A DNA stretch of 64,000 nt from Neoconidiobolus thromboides FSU 785 (taxonomy: Eukaryota > Fungi > Entomophthoromycota). Position 1 is the first letter of the stretch; each line of letters starts with the position of its first letter. The stretch covers positions 62,001-126,000 of the forward strand of contig MU626272.1 of the NCBI GenBank assembly GCA_025603075.1, read 5' to 3'. A model generated the notes under the pieces. The model saw only the letters and a list, made by a program, of their open reading frames with translations. It made no database searches and had not been told where the DNA came from. The position numbers and the translations under genes were made by a program. Below, one piece after another: positions 22,907-35,238 of this stretch.

Positions 22907-25294
22907 TTAATTTGGGTATGGGTGATGATTTCCATTACCATTATTCTGTGGATTGTACCCCTGACTGCCATTGTTTTGTTCAAACAAATTCAAGTTGAAG
23001 AAAGGATCCTCTCCCATACTTGTAACAAAATTATTTTCCATCATGGGTATTTGACTTATATCGAAATTGAACTGGCCGTTATTTTGGTTATTAAAAAAGT
23101 TATTTCCTTGGCTACTAAACCCTAACAAATCCTCTAAGTTGCCATTTTCGAGACTGTTGAAGCTAGAAGGATCCCTCAGATTATTCATACCATTAAATTC
23201 CATAGGCAAATTTTGATTGAACGCCGTATTATGCTGTAAACTCCGGTTGTATGTGTTAATATTATTGATGAGCTCTGCTGGTCTAGACTGCGTCTGTGCT
23301 TTTGGTGTAAAATCTGAAGATGACTCTTGTGTAGCTGAAAAGGAACTTGCAGATGGATGTGAGTTGCCATTAGTTGACTGCTCATTTCCATCTTTTCTAC
23401 AAAAATTGTGGTCTAAGTCTTTTGATAACTTCTCTAAATAAGGATACCATTCATGTAATGAGGATTTAAGTGGTACAAGCCAGCTCATCACCGTACAACT
23501 CAATGGGTTTTCATTATTATTAGTGCTTGATATGTTATCACGTGACGAACGTAAAGCATACAACCCACGAAGAGAAGTGCAATATGTTTTACATATACCC
23601 CAATAAGTTTCCAACTCTCTTAATGATTTGTAGATCAACTCAAGTGCTTGTCTGGAACTTTCTGCTTGTTGTGCATCAATTGAAAATGATTTATTGGCAT
23701 GGATAGTACCTGCAGTATACAAAGCATAAGGATAAAATGGAATATAATGGTAAAAGCGATGTGGTGCAATATCCAGAGCCATTGTTGCAATAAAGTTGGA
23801 AGATTGTACACAGCGAATGAATGAGATATGTGAGTCGTTAATTGATTCCATTAAATTTAAATATCTTCCAACATTCGATCTATGAAGTACAATAGTAATA
23901 GCATGAAATAAACTATGTAAAAGTATAATGGCGCTTGAATTCATCTGACTTTCTGGTGATTTTGAACAAAGAAAGTCTTTATTATACTTCAAATGTGGTG
24001 GTAAATTCACATGCCATTCATTTAATATTTGATCCAATCGCTTAAGTTCTTCTTCTGAGTTGTCTCCCTTTCCATTGGTTGTGCTGCGATTGGAGTATTG
24101 GTTAATTTGTCCCATTAAGCTTACAAGTTGACCAAAGTGGAACATGTGATCTGGGATGGAAGTATTGTTGCTATTAGATTGTAAAGGAAATATGTCATTG
24201 TTGATCTCAGCAATTGGTGCTAAACTATTTTCCCAGTTATAATCATCAGATGGGAATCTCACTTGGCAATCCTCATCATGGATGGCCATCGGCCATGACG
24301 TCTTTGTACTGATAATGCGATCCATCAAACAACACCCAAACCAAGTTCTTCTACGCGTTTCTGCCTCAATCCAGTCCAATTTAGAAGATGCGTCTTTTTT
24401 ATCTGTACAATATAAGTTTAAATGCTGCCCCATACGTACTGCTAGTCCTGAATACATCCAAGAAGTAGGATAACGATCGCAACCAAACTCGTGAAGTGAC
24501 ATTAGGACCAAGGCTTGTACAGTACTAAGGAATGGAGTACTGTAAGATGTGGACTCCAAAAGAATTTTTGCATGAGCAATATATTCCTCACCAGCAGAAT
24601 GACAAGGATCACGTTTTACTTCTGGATGATTTGAAAAGCGAGATGCAAGTGCATATATAGTATATAAAAGTAAGCTACATTGCTTACCTTCCTGAAGGCT
24701 ATTTATAAACGTAGTACGATGGATAATGGATAATACTGGATGTTGGTAGCTAAAGAACAATGAAATGAGATGCTCTGAGACTTCTGGAGAAACTACAGGG
24801 ACTGGTGGTGTTGGCGGTGAAGGGATGGAGGGAAACAATAGTGAAGAATCTGGTAAAATATAGTTTTCAATATCGCGGAACAATGGGGAGGATTCATTGA
24901 TCGAAGTGCCGCTTTGAACCATTCTTAAGTTACCAGAAGAAATGGAATCTCCGTCAGCTGTTAAGTGAGGAGTTGAGTGGTTGGAGCTTGAGATGGATTG
25001 AAAATTTTTTAATTCAATATTTTTTAAAGGTTGCAAAAGCTTTTCCATAAGTTCTAAACGTTTTTCTAAGGTTTCAATATACCCTTGGCGTGGCCCTCTC
25101 TTTGTTGAAGTAGGAGTGTATTGACAATTTAAGTTTTTGGTCTTACAGTTGGTACATACGGTATTCTCAGTCCCATCACACTTTATCTTTTTTTTTCGAC
25201 AAGCATCACAGGCGTTAAGTATTTTGCGTTTTTTTTGGTTCGTTTCGTCATCAGAAAAATCATTCATATCTAATTCGGCATCATTAGCACTCAT
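22907..25294 (-). CDS. Zn(II)2Cys6 fungal transcription factor with a Fungal_trans middle domain, intronless
   Basis: ACDACRKKKIKCDG...CTNC....C binuclear cluster; YSGLAVRMGQHLNL and ETRRRTWFGC..MDR. Confidence 0.95.
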   Translation of the reverse strand: MSANDAELDMNDFSDDETNQKKRKILNACDACRKKKIKCDGTENTVCTNCKTKNLNCQYTPTSTKRGPRQGYIETLEKRLELMEKLLQPLKNIELKNFQSISSSNHSTPHLTADGDSISSGNLRMVQSGTSINESSPLFRDIENYILPDSSLLFPSIPSPPTPPVPVVSPEVSEHLISLFFSYQHPVLSIIHRTTFINSLQEGKQCSLLLYTIYALASRFSNHPEVKRDPCHSAGEEYIAHAKILLESTSYSTPFLSTVQALVLMSLHEFGCDRYPTSWMYSGLAVRMGQHLNLYCTDKKDASSKLDWIEAETRRRTWFGCCLMDRIISTKTSWPMAIHDEDCQVRFPSDDYNWENSLAPIAEINNDIFPLQSNSNNTSIPDHMFHFGQLVSLMGQINQYSNRSTTNGKGDNSEEELKRLDQILNEWHVNLPPHLKYNKDFLCSKSPESQMNSSAIILLHSLFHAITIVLHRSNVGRYLNLMESINDSHISFIRCVQSSNFIATMALDIAPHRFYHYIPFYPYALYTAGTIHANKSFSIDAQQAESSRQALELIYKSLRELETYWGICKTYCTSLRGLYALRSSRDNISSTNNNENPLSCTVMSWLVPLKSSLHEWYPYLEKLSKDLDHNFCRKDGNEQSTNGNSHPSASSFSATQESSSDFTPKAQTQSRPAELINNINTYNRSLQHNTAFNQNLPMEFNGMNNLRDPSSFNSLENGNLEDLLGFSSQGNNFFNNQNNGQFNFDISQIPMMENNFVTSMGEDPFFNLNLFEQNNGSQGYNPQNNGNGNHHPYPN

Positions 25295-26489
25295 GTTTGT
25301 TAAAAAATAGTTCTGCTTGGTTAATATAAGTTAATTTTGATAAACCTTTTTAATAAAAAAAATTAATTTTAAATTAGTAATAATAATTAAACTCAACTTA
25401 CGCAGCTTATTTTCGGGAATTTGATTTGTAGTGAATGTTCACTTCTCAATAGATAGCTGATTATTGGTAAAGAATGAACTTATGTGAGGATTTTATGCAT
25501 CGATTTTCCATTTTTTATTTTCATTAATGAAAATTTAATTCATCTGATAAATAATCTGAACTAAGCATTTGATTAATAAAGCACTATACTCAATGGTACA
25601 CATACTAAGCTAGAAATTTAATGTACCTTTAAATAACCTAGCATATATTTATTTTATTTTTTTAGATTTAATAATGTTATTTGAAATACTTTGATAGATC
25701 TATTTCAACTATTTCGAAGCTTCCAGAACAACACTTTATCTTTCATAAAATTAATTCCTTAATTTTAATTTAAGTCATGTAGCATTAAATCAATTATTAA
25801 AATGATATTATGCCAAATAGATAAAATATTTAAAGGTATATATTTAGTAAGTTTAATAATAAACTAAATATAAACTATAATGTTGAATGGCAATAGATAC
25901 ACTACTAAAACACTCTTAAGACGTTGTAAACTATAAATATTTTTTTATCATTCCTTTTTTAAGATATTTAATTATATTATTTATTCATTAGTGTTATAAG
26001 GTTCTTAATACTTTATACTTCTATTTATATTGGTTTATTATTGAAGCGTTGAGATATTTTTAATTTAGAGAATATACTCGGACTACTTCGGACAAGAAAC
26101 AATAGATAGTATTTTATTAACTACTGCTATATATTATTGTAGTTATTTAGTATTAAATAATCCTTATAATAATATCAAATACAATAACAGATTTATTAAT
26201 TATTGTTAAATAAAAGTAATAGATTAGATATAATCTTCAGTTAATTTGATAATCAAGTAATTTTTTAATTGTTAACTAAAATTGTAAATTCTTTGATTAT
26301 CTATCAACAAAATCTAGCTGAACTACGTCATAATTCAAAAGTCTTTCTAACCCACAGAGAATAATTCAAGTCATCAATTGGTTTTGACTAAATTGAAAAA
26401 TCTGAAACCTAAAAAACCAATAAAAGATTTGTAGCTGCACAAGCTTTATTTATTTTGTTAACAAGAAATTTCTGAAAAGAATCAGTGAT

Positions 26490-28076
26490 ATGTCGACCAG
26501 TGAAAGAAGTAAAATTAGCGACTTGAACGAAGTTATTAGCCTTCAAAAAGAGGAGATCAGTAACTTGAAACTTCAACTTGAAAAAGTGATTCAATCTAAA
26601 AGTGTAGGACTAATTCTATTTAGTTAATAATGTAATCTAATTTTTGTAGCTTCATAAAGATATCTTAGTAGATATGGAAAGAAACCAAAGTGAAATTAAT
26701 AAATCCTTACAAGACCAATTGGAAAAAGTAAGGGTATTTTGTTCCGCTTAAACACTTTCTGACAATCTTTAGGCCCTAAAATTAAAAGCAGACCTTGAAG
26801 ATGAATTTGGCCTCGATGATAGTTTGGAGGAGTAATGACTCAATATTTAGTAAAAACAATACTAATAGCTTAGATCCAAAACTTCCGATCCTGAGAAACT
26901 ATCTAAAGACTTAATCAAAGCTAAAGCAATGCTTAAAAAGCTAAAATTTGAGCTTGAAATGGAAAAAGGACAAAGTAATATATTGAGACATGACAATATG
27001 TTGTTAAAGAAAATGACAGTGGAATTGGTAAGAATATTAAAGAAAAATCAACCTGAGTCTAAGATTTATAGCACGCTTCTGCGGAACAAGAAGAAGAATT
27101 TATCTCTAATCGATTATTGAAAAAGATCTCAGGGCTTAAAAAAGAAAAAGGCGATTTACTACAGCTTGTGGAACAAGAAGAAGAGTATTTGACTAATTCA
27201 CTTCAAAAAAGGATCATTCAGGTAATTTATCTTTCATAAGGCCAATAACAAATTAAATTAGACTTTTTAGCTTCAAAAAGAGAAAGTTGATTTGGAAAAT
27301 GCACTTGAACAGGAGCAAGAGTTTGTCGTAAATAAATTGCAGAAGCAGCTGGATTCTTTTAGGCTCCAGTATCCATCCCATACACCCTCGCCAACTTTGG
27401 CTCCTTCCCATCGCGAACAATTAACCAATTCCCCTCCCTTGTTACCAACTACTATGATTTCTTCATCTCCTCCTACGTAAGTTCCAATTAAACTTTTTGC
27501 AAACCAATTTTAACTGTTTAAGTAGTGGGGGTTGGAGACCATCTCATTCACCTTCAGCTTCAGATTATGGTGGTGCTTCCCCAGGGGTTGTTGAGATGCT
27601 TAAAGCAGAAGTTACTTCATTAAGATTGAAACTTTCGGAAATGGAACGTGAAGGTAGAAGAATTGCTAGTAGTAGTCTTCTTACTAACATTTTATAGTTA
27701 TATCTGCGTATAACCAAACTAAAAGATATAAGAATGAGCTTAATGATCTCAGAAAAACGAATAACCTTCCAGTAGTAGAAGATAGGTATATTTATGCTTG
27801 CTTTGAATTTTTTTGGATTTAATTTGATTTTTAGTATTGGCTCCACAGAATATGTTGTGGTAAATTAGATTTGTATTGTTAAGTTTTATTGTTAAACTTT
27901 AATATCATTAGAGGTCTAGACGCTCCATTTCAAATGCTAGCTCGAATGCACCACTACCCTCCTCAAGCCCTTCTGACTCCCGTCGTCACTCAGCGAGATC
28001 ACTTTCAATGTCTGGAGACTTTGTATTGAATCCAAAGGAAGCTGCAGATGGCCTTCCTGTAAATCCAAGCTCTTAG
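26490..28076 (+). CDS. CCDC6 (H4/DUF2046)-like coiled-coil protein, multi-exon
   Basis: AEQEEEFISNRLLKKI..LKKEK..VEQEEEYLTNSLQKRI..LQKEKVDLENALEQEQEFVVNKLQKQL repeats; start approximate. Confidence 0.8.
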
Positions 28077-28561
28077 AAAGGTTAGGTTAATATCAAGTTA
28101 TTTAAAGAGTATGTTTGCTATACTCAACTATTTTTTTACTTGGCTAAGAATATTGAACTAATACTTTAAGCGAATTATGCTCTGACTTTACTATTGTATG
28201 ATTGTTGGACAAATAAATTTATTCTGCTATTTTCTGAAATTTTGGATTTGTTATTCGTGCTGTAGGCGAGGTCAAAGAGTTTTATTAGTGTTATGTATAC
28301 TACTAAAATACTTATAATTAAACAAATTTATCTCTAAACAATACCCAAATTACGAATAATCAAAACTATTATTTCTTTATATTTTATTTAAGATTAACAA
28401 ATCTTCAATTTAGGTATTTTAAACAAAGTAGCAACTTTATTTTTTCCAAGATTTATTTTAATTTACCATTAAACTTTTCTAAACTAAAAATCAATTTTCA
28501 TTTTTATAACTATCTTGGAAAAAAGTAGTGAAACAAAAATAGATTTAATTGAGTTAAAAAC

Positions 28562-30365
28562 ATGGAAGACAAAAACAATGACAACAAACCCCAGGAAGAT
28601 AATGAAAGTAACATGGATTGGACGATGTATGCTAAACAAAGAGAGTCAATGCGTACCAATATTAAAAAGAAAATACCTGGGACAAATTATCAGGGATGTG
28701 AGCCGTTATCTAATTTTGAATTAGTTAGAAAGTTAGGAGAAGGAACTTTTGGGTAATTTTATAAAATGAAATTTTAGATTTTATTCATTTGTCTTTATTA
28801 CAGGGTAGTACATTTAGCAAAACATAGAATAACCGGTAAAGAAGTAGCTTTGAAAAAGATTTTAGTTCATAATGAAAAGGATGGGGTAAATTAAGAGATG
28901 TACTATAGCCATTTACATTTAATAATTATAATAGTTTCCAATTACCGCGATGAGGGAGATTTCAATTTTGTCAAGTTTAAATCATGATAATGTATTAACA
29001 ATATCTTCATTGGTATATTCAAATGGTATGAAACTAATAATATGGATGTAATAGCACTTAAATACATTAATTTTTTAGAAGAGAAAACAAAAGAAGAAGA
29101 TAAATGTGAGATATATATGGCTTTACCATTCATGCATCATGATTTAAGCGGACTACTTAACAATCCAAAAGTGAAGTTTACTGGACCACAAATCAAATGT
29201 TATATGAAACAAATATTTGAAGGAATGGCTTTTTTACATCATAACAATATTATGCATAGAGATATTAAACCAGCAAATCTCTTGATAAATGATGAAGGTA
29301 GTGTATTTATTAATATGTTGCTTTTATTGATAATTAAATGAATAACAAGGTATACTCAAGGTAGCCGATTTTGGTTTAGCACGCCCTTTATTAATACCTA
29401 AACATAATATGTATACCCAATCTGTTGTTACGAGATGGTATCGGCCATTAGAATTATTGTTTAAATCACAATATTACAGTGAAGCGATTGATATGTGGGG
29501 TGTCGGGTAGATTCTAATTTTATATCAATCTTTTTTAATATTGATTTTATCCCTCTAGTTGTGTTTTTGGACAACTTTTAACAGGAAAACCATTGATACC
29601 TGGTATGACTGATATTGAACAAATTGATTTAATATTTCAACTTATGGGCACACCTGATGACCAAGAATGGCCAGAATGGAGAAAACTTCCAGGCGTTGAT
29701 CAACTCGAGTCAATTCCAAACTATCCTCGTTCATTAGAAGAAAGATTTTCAAAGTAAGTTAGTACTAATAATACTGAGATTCCTTTTATTCATTGTCCTT
29801 AGTTTAGATAGAAATACACTTGATCTTTTGCAAAAACTATTAACTTATAATCCAGCAGAAAGGATCACTGCTGCACAAGCATTAGAGCACCCTTATTTCC
29901 ATACCCTTCCTTACCCATCTGAGCCAGGATTGTAACGGTTTTTTCAAGATTATTATATAAAATAATTATAAATAATTTAGGCTTCCTAAGTACCCATGTA
30001 GTCATGAGTTTGTACAGTTAAAAGAAAATGCCAAAGCAGCTAGACCACCCCCACATATGGGAGGAATTAATATGAACCCCGCGGTGAAAAGACCAGGGGA
30101 TCCAGGTTTATATAACCCAAGAAATAATGGAAATGGAAATGGAAATGGAAATGGTTACCCTCGTAATAAAAGAGAAGCCTGGGAAGAAAACAGATCAAGG
30201 GGAAATCATGAGTCAAATTGGGGGAACGATAATCGAGCTCCACAAAGAGATCGTAGACATGATCCCAATCGTAATCGAAACCGCAATCCTAATAGAAATG
30301 GGAATAATTATGATAGTAGACGTAGGAATGATGGTAATAATCATCGATATCATCATGACCGTTAA
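28562..30365 (+). CDS. Cyclin-dependent kinase Bur1/CDK9-like, multi-exon
   Basis: [41 protein letters not shown], Arg/Asn-rich tail. Confidence 0.92.
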
Positions 30366-30601
30366 GTATTTGAACATTAGGTGATATTATTATGGTTATA
30401 TTAGGCTATTCCTATTTGTGTAACTAATTATCATGTTATTTACCTTTAATAACATGTAATGATAAAAAAAGCTATTTAAATTGAGCATTTTAAATTAAAT
30501 CTAATCATTTATAAATATTATTTATTTTTATTAAGCTACAAGCTGCAAAAATACGGATAATTAATTTATATTATAATTATAAATTTATTTTAGATTAAAT
30601 A

Positions 30602-32124
30602 TTAATATTCTAATAAATTCTTATGAATGGAGTTAAGAGCAATTAAACCTTGGGACTGTGGAATAACGCAGGATATATTAATTTCTGAAGAACCCTGAGA
30701 TATCATTTCAATATTTATATCGGCTTCAGCAAGAGTAGAAAACATTTGTGCAGCGATGCCAACCATATTTCGCATCTGTTTACCAACCAAGCTAAGTATA
30801 CATACTTTATCTTGAACCTCAACCTCACCATACTTAGATAATTCTTTAACTAAGCAGGCTATATGAGCTACATGTGAAATAGCAAGAGAGACATGGACTT
30901 CGCTAGTAGAAATTAAATCAACTACAATACCATGAGCGTCTAAAACAGTAAATAAATTAGCGAAAAAATCATGCGACACTGACTTCCTATTAGAATGGAC
31001 ATTTAAAATTAGCATGTCTTCTTTGATAGTTACAGCTGTTGGATGTCTACGTGTGAGGTTAGCATCATATCCGTTTAATAAAAATAGTTCGGCTGGTGGC
31101 TCATCATTTTCGTTATTCGGTAATATAATCGAGCCTTCTCCACTTGGATTTTGTACATTTTTAATACGAATAGGTATACGTGCTCGCATCACTTGTTCCA
31201 TAGTAAATGGATGTATTACTTCAGACCCGTAATAAGTAAGTTCGGCTGCTTCTTCTGGGCTAATGATTGGTAATAGCCTAGCATTTTTTACTTTTCTTGG
31301 ATCTGCTGTAAAGATTCCATCCACTTCTTTCCAAATTTGAAGTTCTGTAGCACCCACTCCTACAGCAACGAGTGCAGCTGCTAAATCTGTGTACCCACGG
31401 CCAATACTGGTAAGTAAACTTCCAGGCACCGGCCCAAAGAAGCCAGTAATAACTGGAATGCTACCTTTACACTTACCCACTGCTTTTGAAAACTGCTGTG
31501 ATAAATGATCATAAAAAGGTTGTTCTAAACTTTTTGATGAAAAGTTTTCAGTAATAACGTCACCCAAGTCCACCAGTTCAGCCTTTAGCCCAATAGAGTT
31601 TATGTAAGCTGAAACAATTCGACAAGAAAGCTTTTCCCCAGTACCAATTATGACATCCTTTGAACGTGGTGATATTTCTTTGATAACATATAAAGCATCC
31701 AAAAAGCGCTCCAGTTTTTTGCAGTCTTTAGTAAGTTCAAGTTCTAATTCTTTAAGTATACTTTGATCCTTGATAAACATTCTACAAGCTGATATATGAT
31801 CTTCTAAAATCTCTCCTACTGTAGCTTCATGTTTATTTTGGTTAGCTAATACTTCCTCACAAGCTCTAAGTAATCTTTATAAAACAGTTAGTTATTGTTA
31901 TTTAGTTTATGAGTGCTACAATACCTTGAAGTTGTTCCATTCACTTTTACATCTCCACTACGAGCCGAACAGACAACAGCGACTCTATTACCTTGGGTAG
32001 CATCTCGAATGATGGTATTAACGATGCTATCCAAAAACTTCCCAATACTTGTACCACCAAACTTTAATACAACCCAAGGCAGAGAATTTTGATTAAAAGA
32101 CTCAAACTTATCAATAGAAACCAT
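30602..32124 (-). CDS. HOM3: Aspartate kinase, 1 intron
   Basis: VVLKFGGTSIG, VVCSARS, GRGYTDL, WKEVDGIFTADP, two ACT domains (ISTSE, ISQGSSEINIS). Confidence 0.96.
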
Positions 32125-32159
32125 TATTTATAATAAAAAAAGAACAAATAATTTAAAAA

Positions 32160-32648
32160 TGACTAACTAAACCAAATTGACTTTGCAGTTTGTGTGACTA
32201 ATTTAATACTATTGATTATTTGATAGACCAGCGTGTCCATAGAGTTATGCCCTCACTATCAACTTTAATATTAGTGGTGACTTCCTTTTATGCTGAATTT
32301 ATTATTCCTTACTACGTTTCAGTTGATTTTATATCCCATAATTTTTTATAATGGTGTCATTTTTTCAGAAATGGTGCAATCTTAGACTAAAGTGAGGAAA
32401 TCTACATTACTTATTATCATTTAGATTTTACCTGATGGGGCTCTAGCCAATGATATTACACTGGTTTTTATCAAGCAAGATTACTCTTTTTTAGTCTGAA
32501 GCCTAAAAATAATTTTAATGATAAACGTACAAATTTAATTGGCTGTTGGCAGTTTTATCTCAGTTGCTGTTTGACAGATTTTGAGTCATTGATTTATTTG
32601 CTATAAACGAAATATTTGATCTTGATTAAACCTTATCTGCTTGAGTCA
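32160..32648. promoter_or_regulatory. Cluster of Gcn4/CpcA-type sites upstream of aspartate kinase
   Basis: TGAGTCA at 32582-32588 and 32642-32648; TGACTAA at 32160-32166 and 32195-32201; HOM3 is a known Gcn4 target in yeast. Confidence 0.45.
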
Positions 32649-32952
32649 ATATATGGCCTAATATTACCAAAAATAAGTACAGCTTCTTGCACTTTGATGT
32701 TAAACAGACAATTTAATAAACACTGCTATTTAAAATTTTATCAAGGTTGCCTGATATTTAGCTAGATTAGTTTGTTTTTAAAATTAACTTTTTTTTGACT
32801 ATAATACCTCATTTTTATAGAGAGTGCTTGAATCTAAATTTAAAAAAACTAACAGTTTATATAAAAGCTTTCATAGTTGATGTGCTTAAAAAATTAAAAC
32901 GTGAGTTGATAATAATTAAATAAGTTGTAAACTTTCGAATTTGTGTGTAAGC

Positions 32953-33053
32953 GTATGGGGATGTATTTTTACGTTTAATAATTTACTAATAATTTTTCTG
33001 CTCAAATAGTGCTTAAAAAATGAAAAAAGTGGTCAAAAAAAACACCCCCATAT
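32953..33053 (+). mobile_element. MITE-like family copy
   Basis: GTATGGGGATGTATTTTT...AAAAAAAACACCCCCATAT. Confidence 0.85.
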
Positions 33054-33084
33054 CTCAATTTTGTCTAAGTAATCTAACTATAGT

Positions 33085-33128
33085 TTTTTATTTTTATTTT
33101 TATTTTTATTTTTATTTTTATTTTTATA
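33085..33128. repeat. (TTTTTA)n hexamer microsatellite, about 7 units
   Basis: Direct reading. Confidence 0.8.
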
Positions 33129-33441
33129 ATATTAATGACATTATATTTTTCATATCATTTTACTTAATATTTCTATATTTGATCTTTAAAAACCATAAGA
33201 TAATAAAATTTAAAGCTACAACAAATTATACATTTGGCTTATTTATACTATTACTAGTAACAGTTGATATTAGCGTGGTTATGATTAGGATGACAAGTAT
33301 TTTGATAATGTAATAAAAATAATATCTCTCTAAGTATATATCCTCTAATTCTTTATTTTATATTAAAATAAATGTAAAAGCCATATTAGAGAATTAATTA
33401 GCTACATATGAGCTGTTAGTAACCATAAGTATATATTTTAA

Positions 33442-33545
33442 ATATAAAGGGTTTTTTTCTTCATTACTTTGGCATTTTTTAAACATTGCTTGAGTGAGAA
33501 AATTCTTAATAAAATTCTTAAACCCAAAAATACAGAGCTCCATAT
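33442..33545 (-). mobile_element. Degenerate MITE-like family copy
   Basis: Core CTTCATTACTTT..TTGAGTGAGAAAATT..AAAATTCTTAAAC; ends eroded, right ...CTCCATAT. Confidence 0.65.
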
Positions 33546-33824
33546 ATTTTCGTAGTTTTCAAAATGGTTAAAAAGTTAATACATTTTAAATATGCACCCA
33601 CTTTAGTTGACACTGTAGCTAAATGATTGTAAAATAGATTTATAAAAATCACAGTGATATTTAAAGTGATAAGCTAGAATAGCATTGAAGATAACCTTTT
33701 TACTTAGCAGAAATAGTAACTTCTTGTAAACTATAATAATAGATCTTTGATAACACATTTGAAAAGTGTCAATTATTTTCTATTTCATTTTATTAAAAAT
33801 ATACTACAAAAAAATTTAGTGTCC

Positions 33825-34727
33825 TTAAGAACTAACTGGAAGGATTCTTTCCGCTTCATTAGAACTATACTCGACATCATGATATCCACTTCTGCTCCTG
33901 GCAATACAAAATCGAACATTTGAATACAAAGAGGCAAAGGAAGTTAAGAGCACAGCTACCATAACTAAAATTGAAGCAATATAAAGTTGAAACTGAGGTG
34001 GATGATGGCTATAATTGGGTTGATAAGGGGAGTTTTTGATTGCCAAAAAAGCAAGGATCCAAGATAAGCTTAATCCAGCAGCTACATCAGACTGGTGGTG
34101 CACTAAATAAACAATAATACCCCCAAGGACATAGATACATAAACTTGCAAATAGGTAGGATATATGATTTGGTGCCACATTAAAACAAGAGAAAGTATCC
34201 ATTATACTGGCAAATAAAATCCAAGTAAAATAAATAGATTGCCAGACTTTACCAAACCAAAAATTTAAATATAGGTGATGGGAGCTATTGGTGCGTTGGA
34301 TAATATCCAACTTAAGTATAGTGGTCGTAGAGGTATAGGATAAATAAAGGGAAGTTAATAAACCGTATATGAATATAAGGCGTATTGGTTTGTATTGAGC
34401 GTAATCTTCAGAAGAAGTAAAATTCGTGACTAAGACCCAGCCCGAGTTACAAAGACATTGAATCGGAAAATAAGGCGATATTGCTTTATTTATATAGTTT
34501 AAGTTGTAAGTGAATGGGAATAGTTGGTATACAATAAATAACAACAAGAGTAAATAGATTAAACCCCAAAGCCCAAAAGCAGCAGGGTTTGGTACTAAGA
34601 TTGAGTGTTTTGAATTTGTTAGGATATTGGATATAGTTGGATTTTTTGCCAAGTTGAACCAGCCTGAGTTAACAAGAATTTGAAGTACAAAGCATAATAA
34701 ATTAAATAAGCGAAAGTATATCGCCAT
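33825..34727 (-). CDS. TspO-like (tryptophan-rich sensory protein-related) multi-pass membrane protein, intronless
   Basis: ILVPNPAAFGLWGLIY, LCNSGWV, SIYFTWI, LSWILAFLAI; about 7 hydrophobic segments. Confidence 0.6.
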   Translation of the reverse strand: MAIYFRLFNLLCFVLQILVNSGWFNLAKNPTISNILTNSKHSILVPNPAAFGLWGLIYLLLLLFIVYQLFPFTYNLNYINKAISPYFPIQCLCNSGWVLVTNFTSSEDYAQYKPIRLIFIYGLLTSLYLSYTSTTTILKLDIIQRTNSSHHLYLNFWFGKVWQSIYFTWILFASIMDTFSCFNVAPNHISYLFASLCIYVLGGIIVYLVHHQSDVAAGLSLSWILAFLAIKNSPYQPNYSHHPPQFQLYIASILVMVAVLLTSFASLYSNVRFCIARSRSGYHDVEYSSNEAERILPVSS

Positions 34728-35238
34728 TTTTTTGTAAAATCGTATGAGAAAATTTACTTTTTGTAACAAAAAGAAAGGTTGATTTAAATGTTTGCGATAT
34801 AAATCTTTAATTACGTTTTAAAATTTAAGAAAACTAGCTGGTTTTACTTTTACCTTTTATAGTTCCATTTTACTATTTAGAGGCTACTTACTTGATTGGT
34901 GCCATTATATCTTTAAGTTCCTAATTTATAATTAGGCTTAATTTTAACTTTTACAATAAAAAAGGGTAATGTAATTTATGACTATAACTGAAATTTTATA
35001 GTTTTAACATGTTAATTTGAGTCACAAGATGATATAGTGATTGTGTTTTGAACTTGTTTTTGCTTCATTTTAGGTTATTTTTTATAATATTTTTATTTAA
35101 TAAACCTTGTATTATAATATGCTTTTATTCATATTTATCAAATATAGTAAAAAATTTATTTTAAGTAGTCTTCATTGACAATAAAATAACGGCTATTTAA
35201 AAATGATCATGCTTTAATTTTTGACTATATTAATTATA

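Noticed and set aside
33020-33313. 97-aa ORF as a real gene
   Set aside because: It starts inside a MITE and runs through a (TTTTTA)n microsatellite (FYFYFY)
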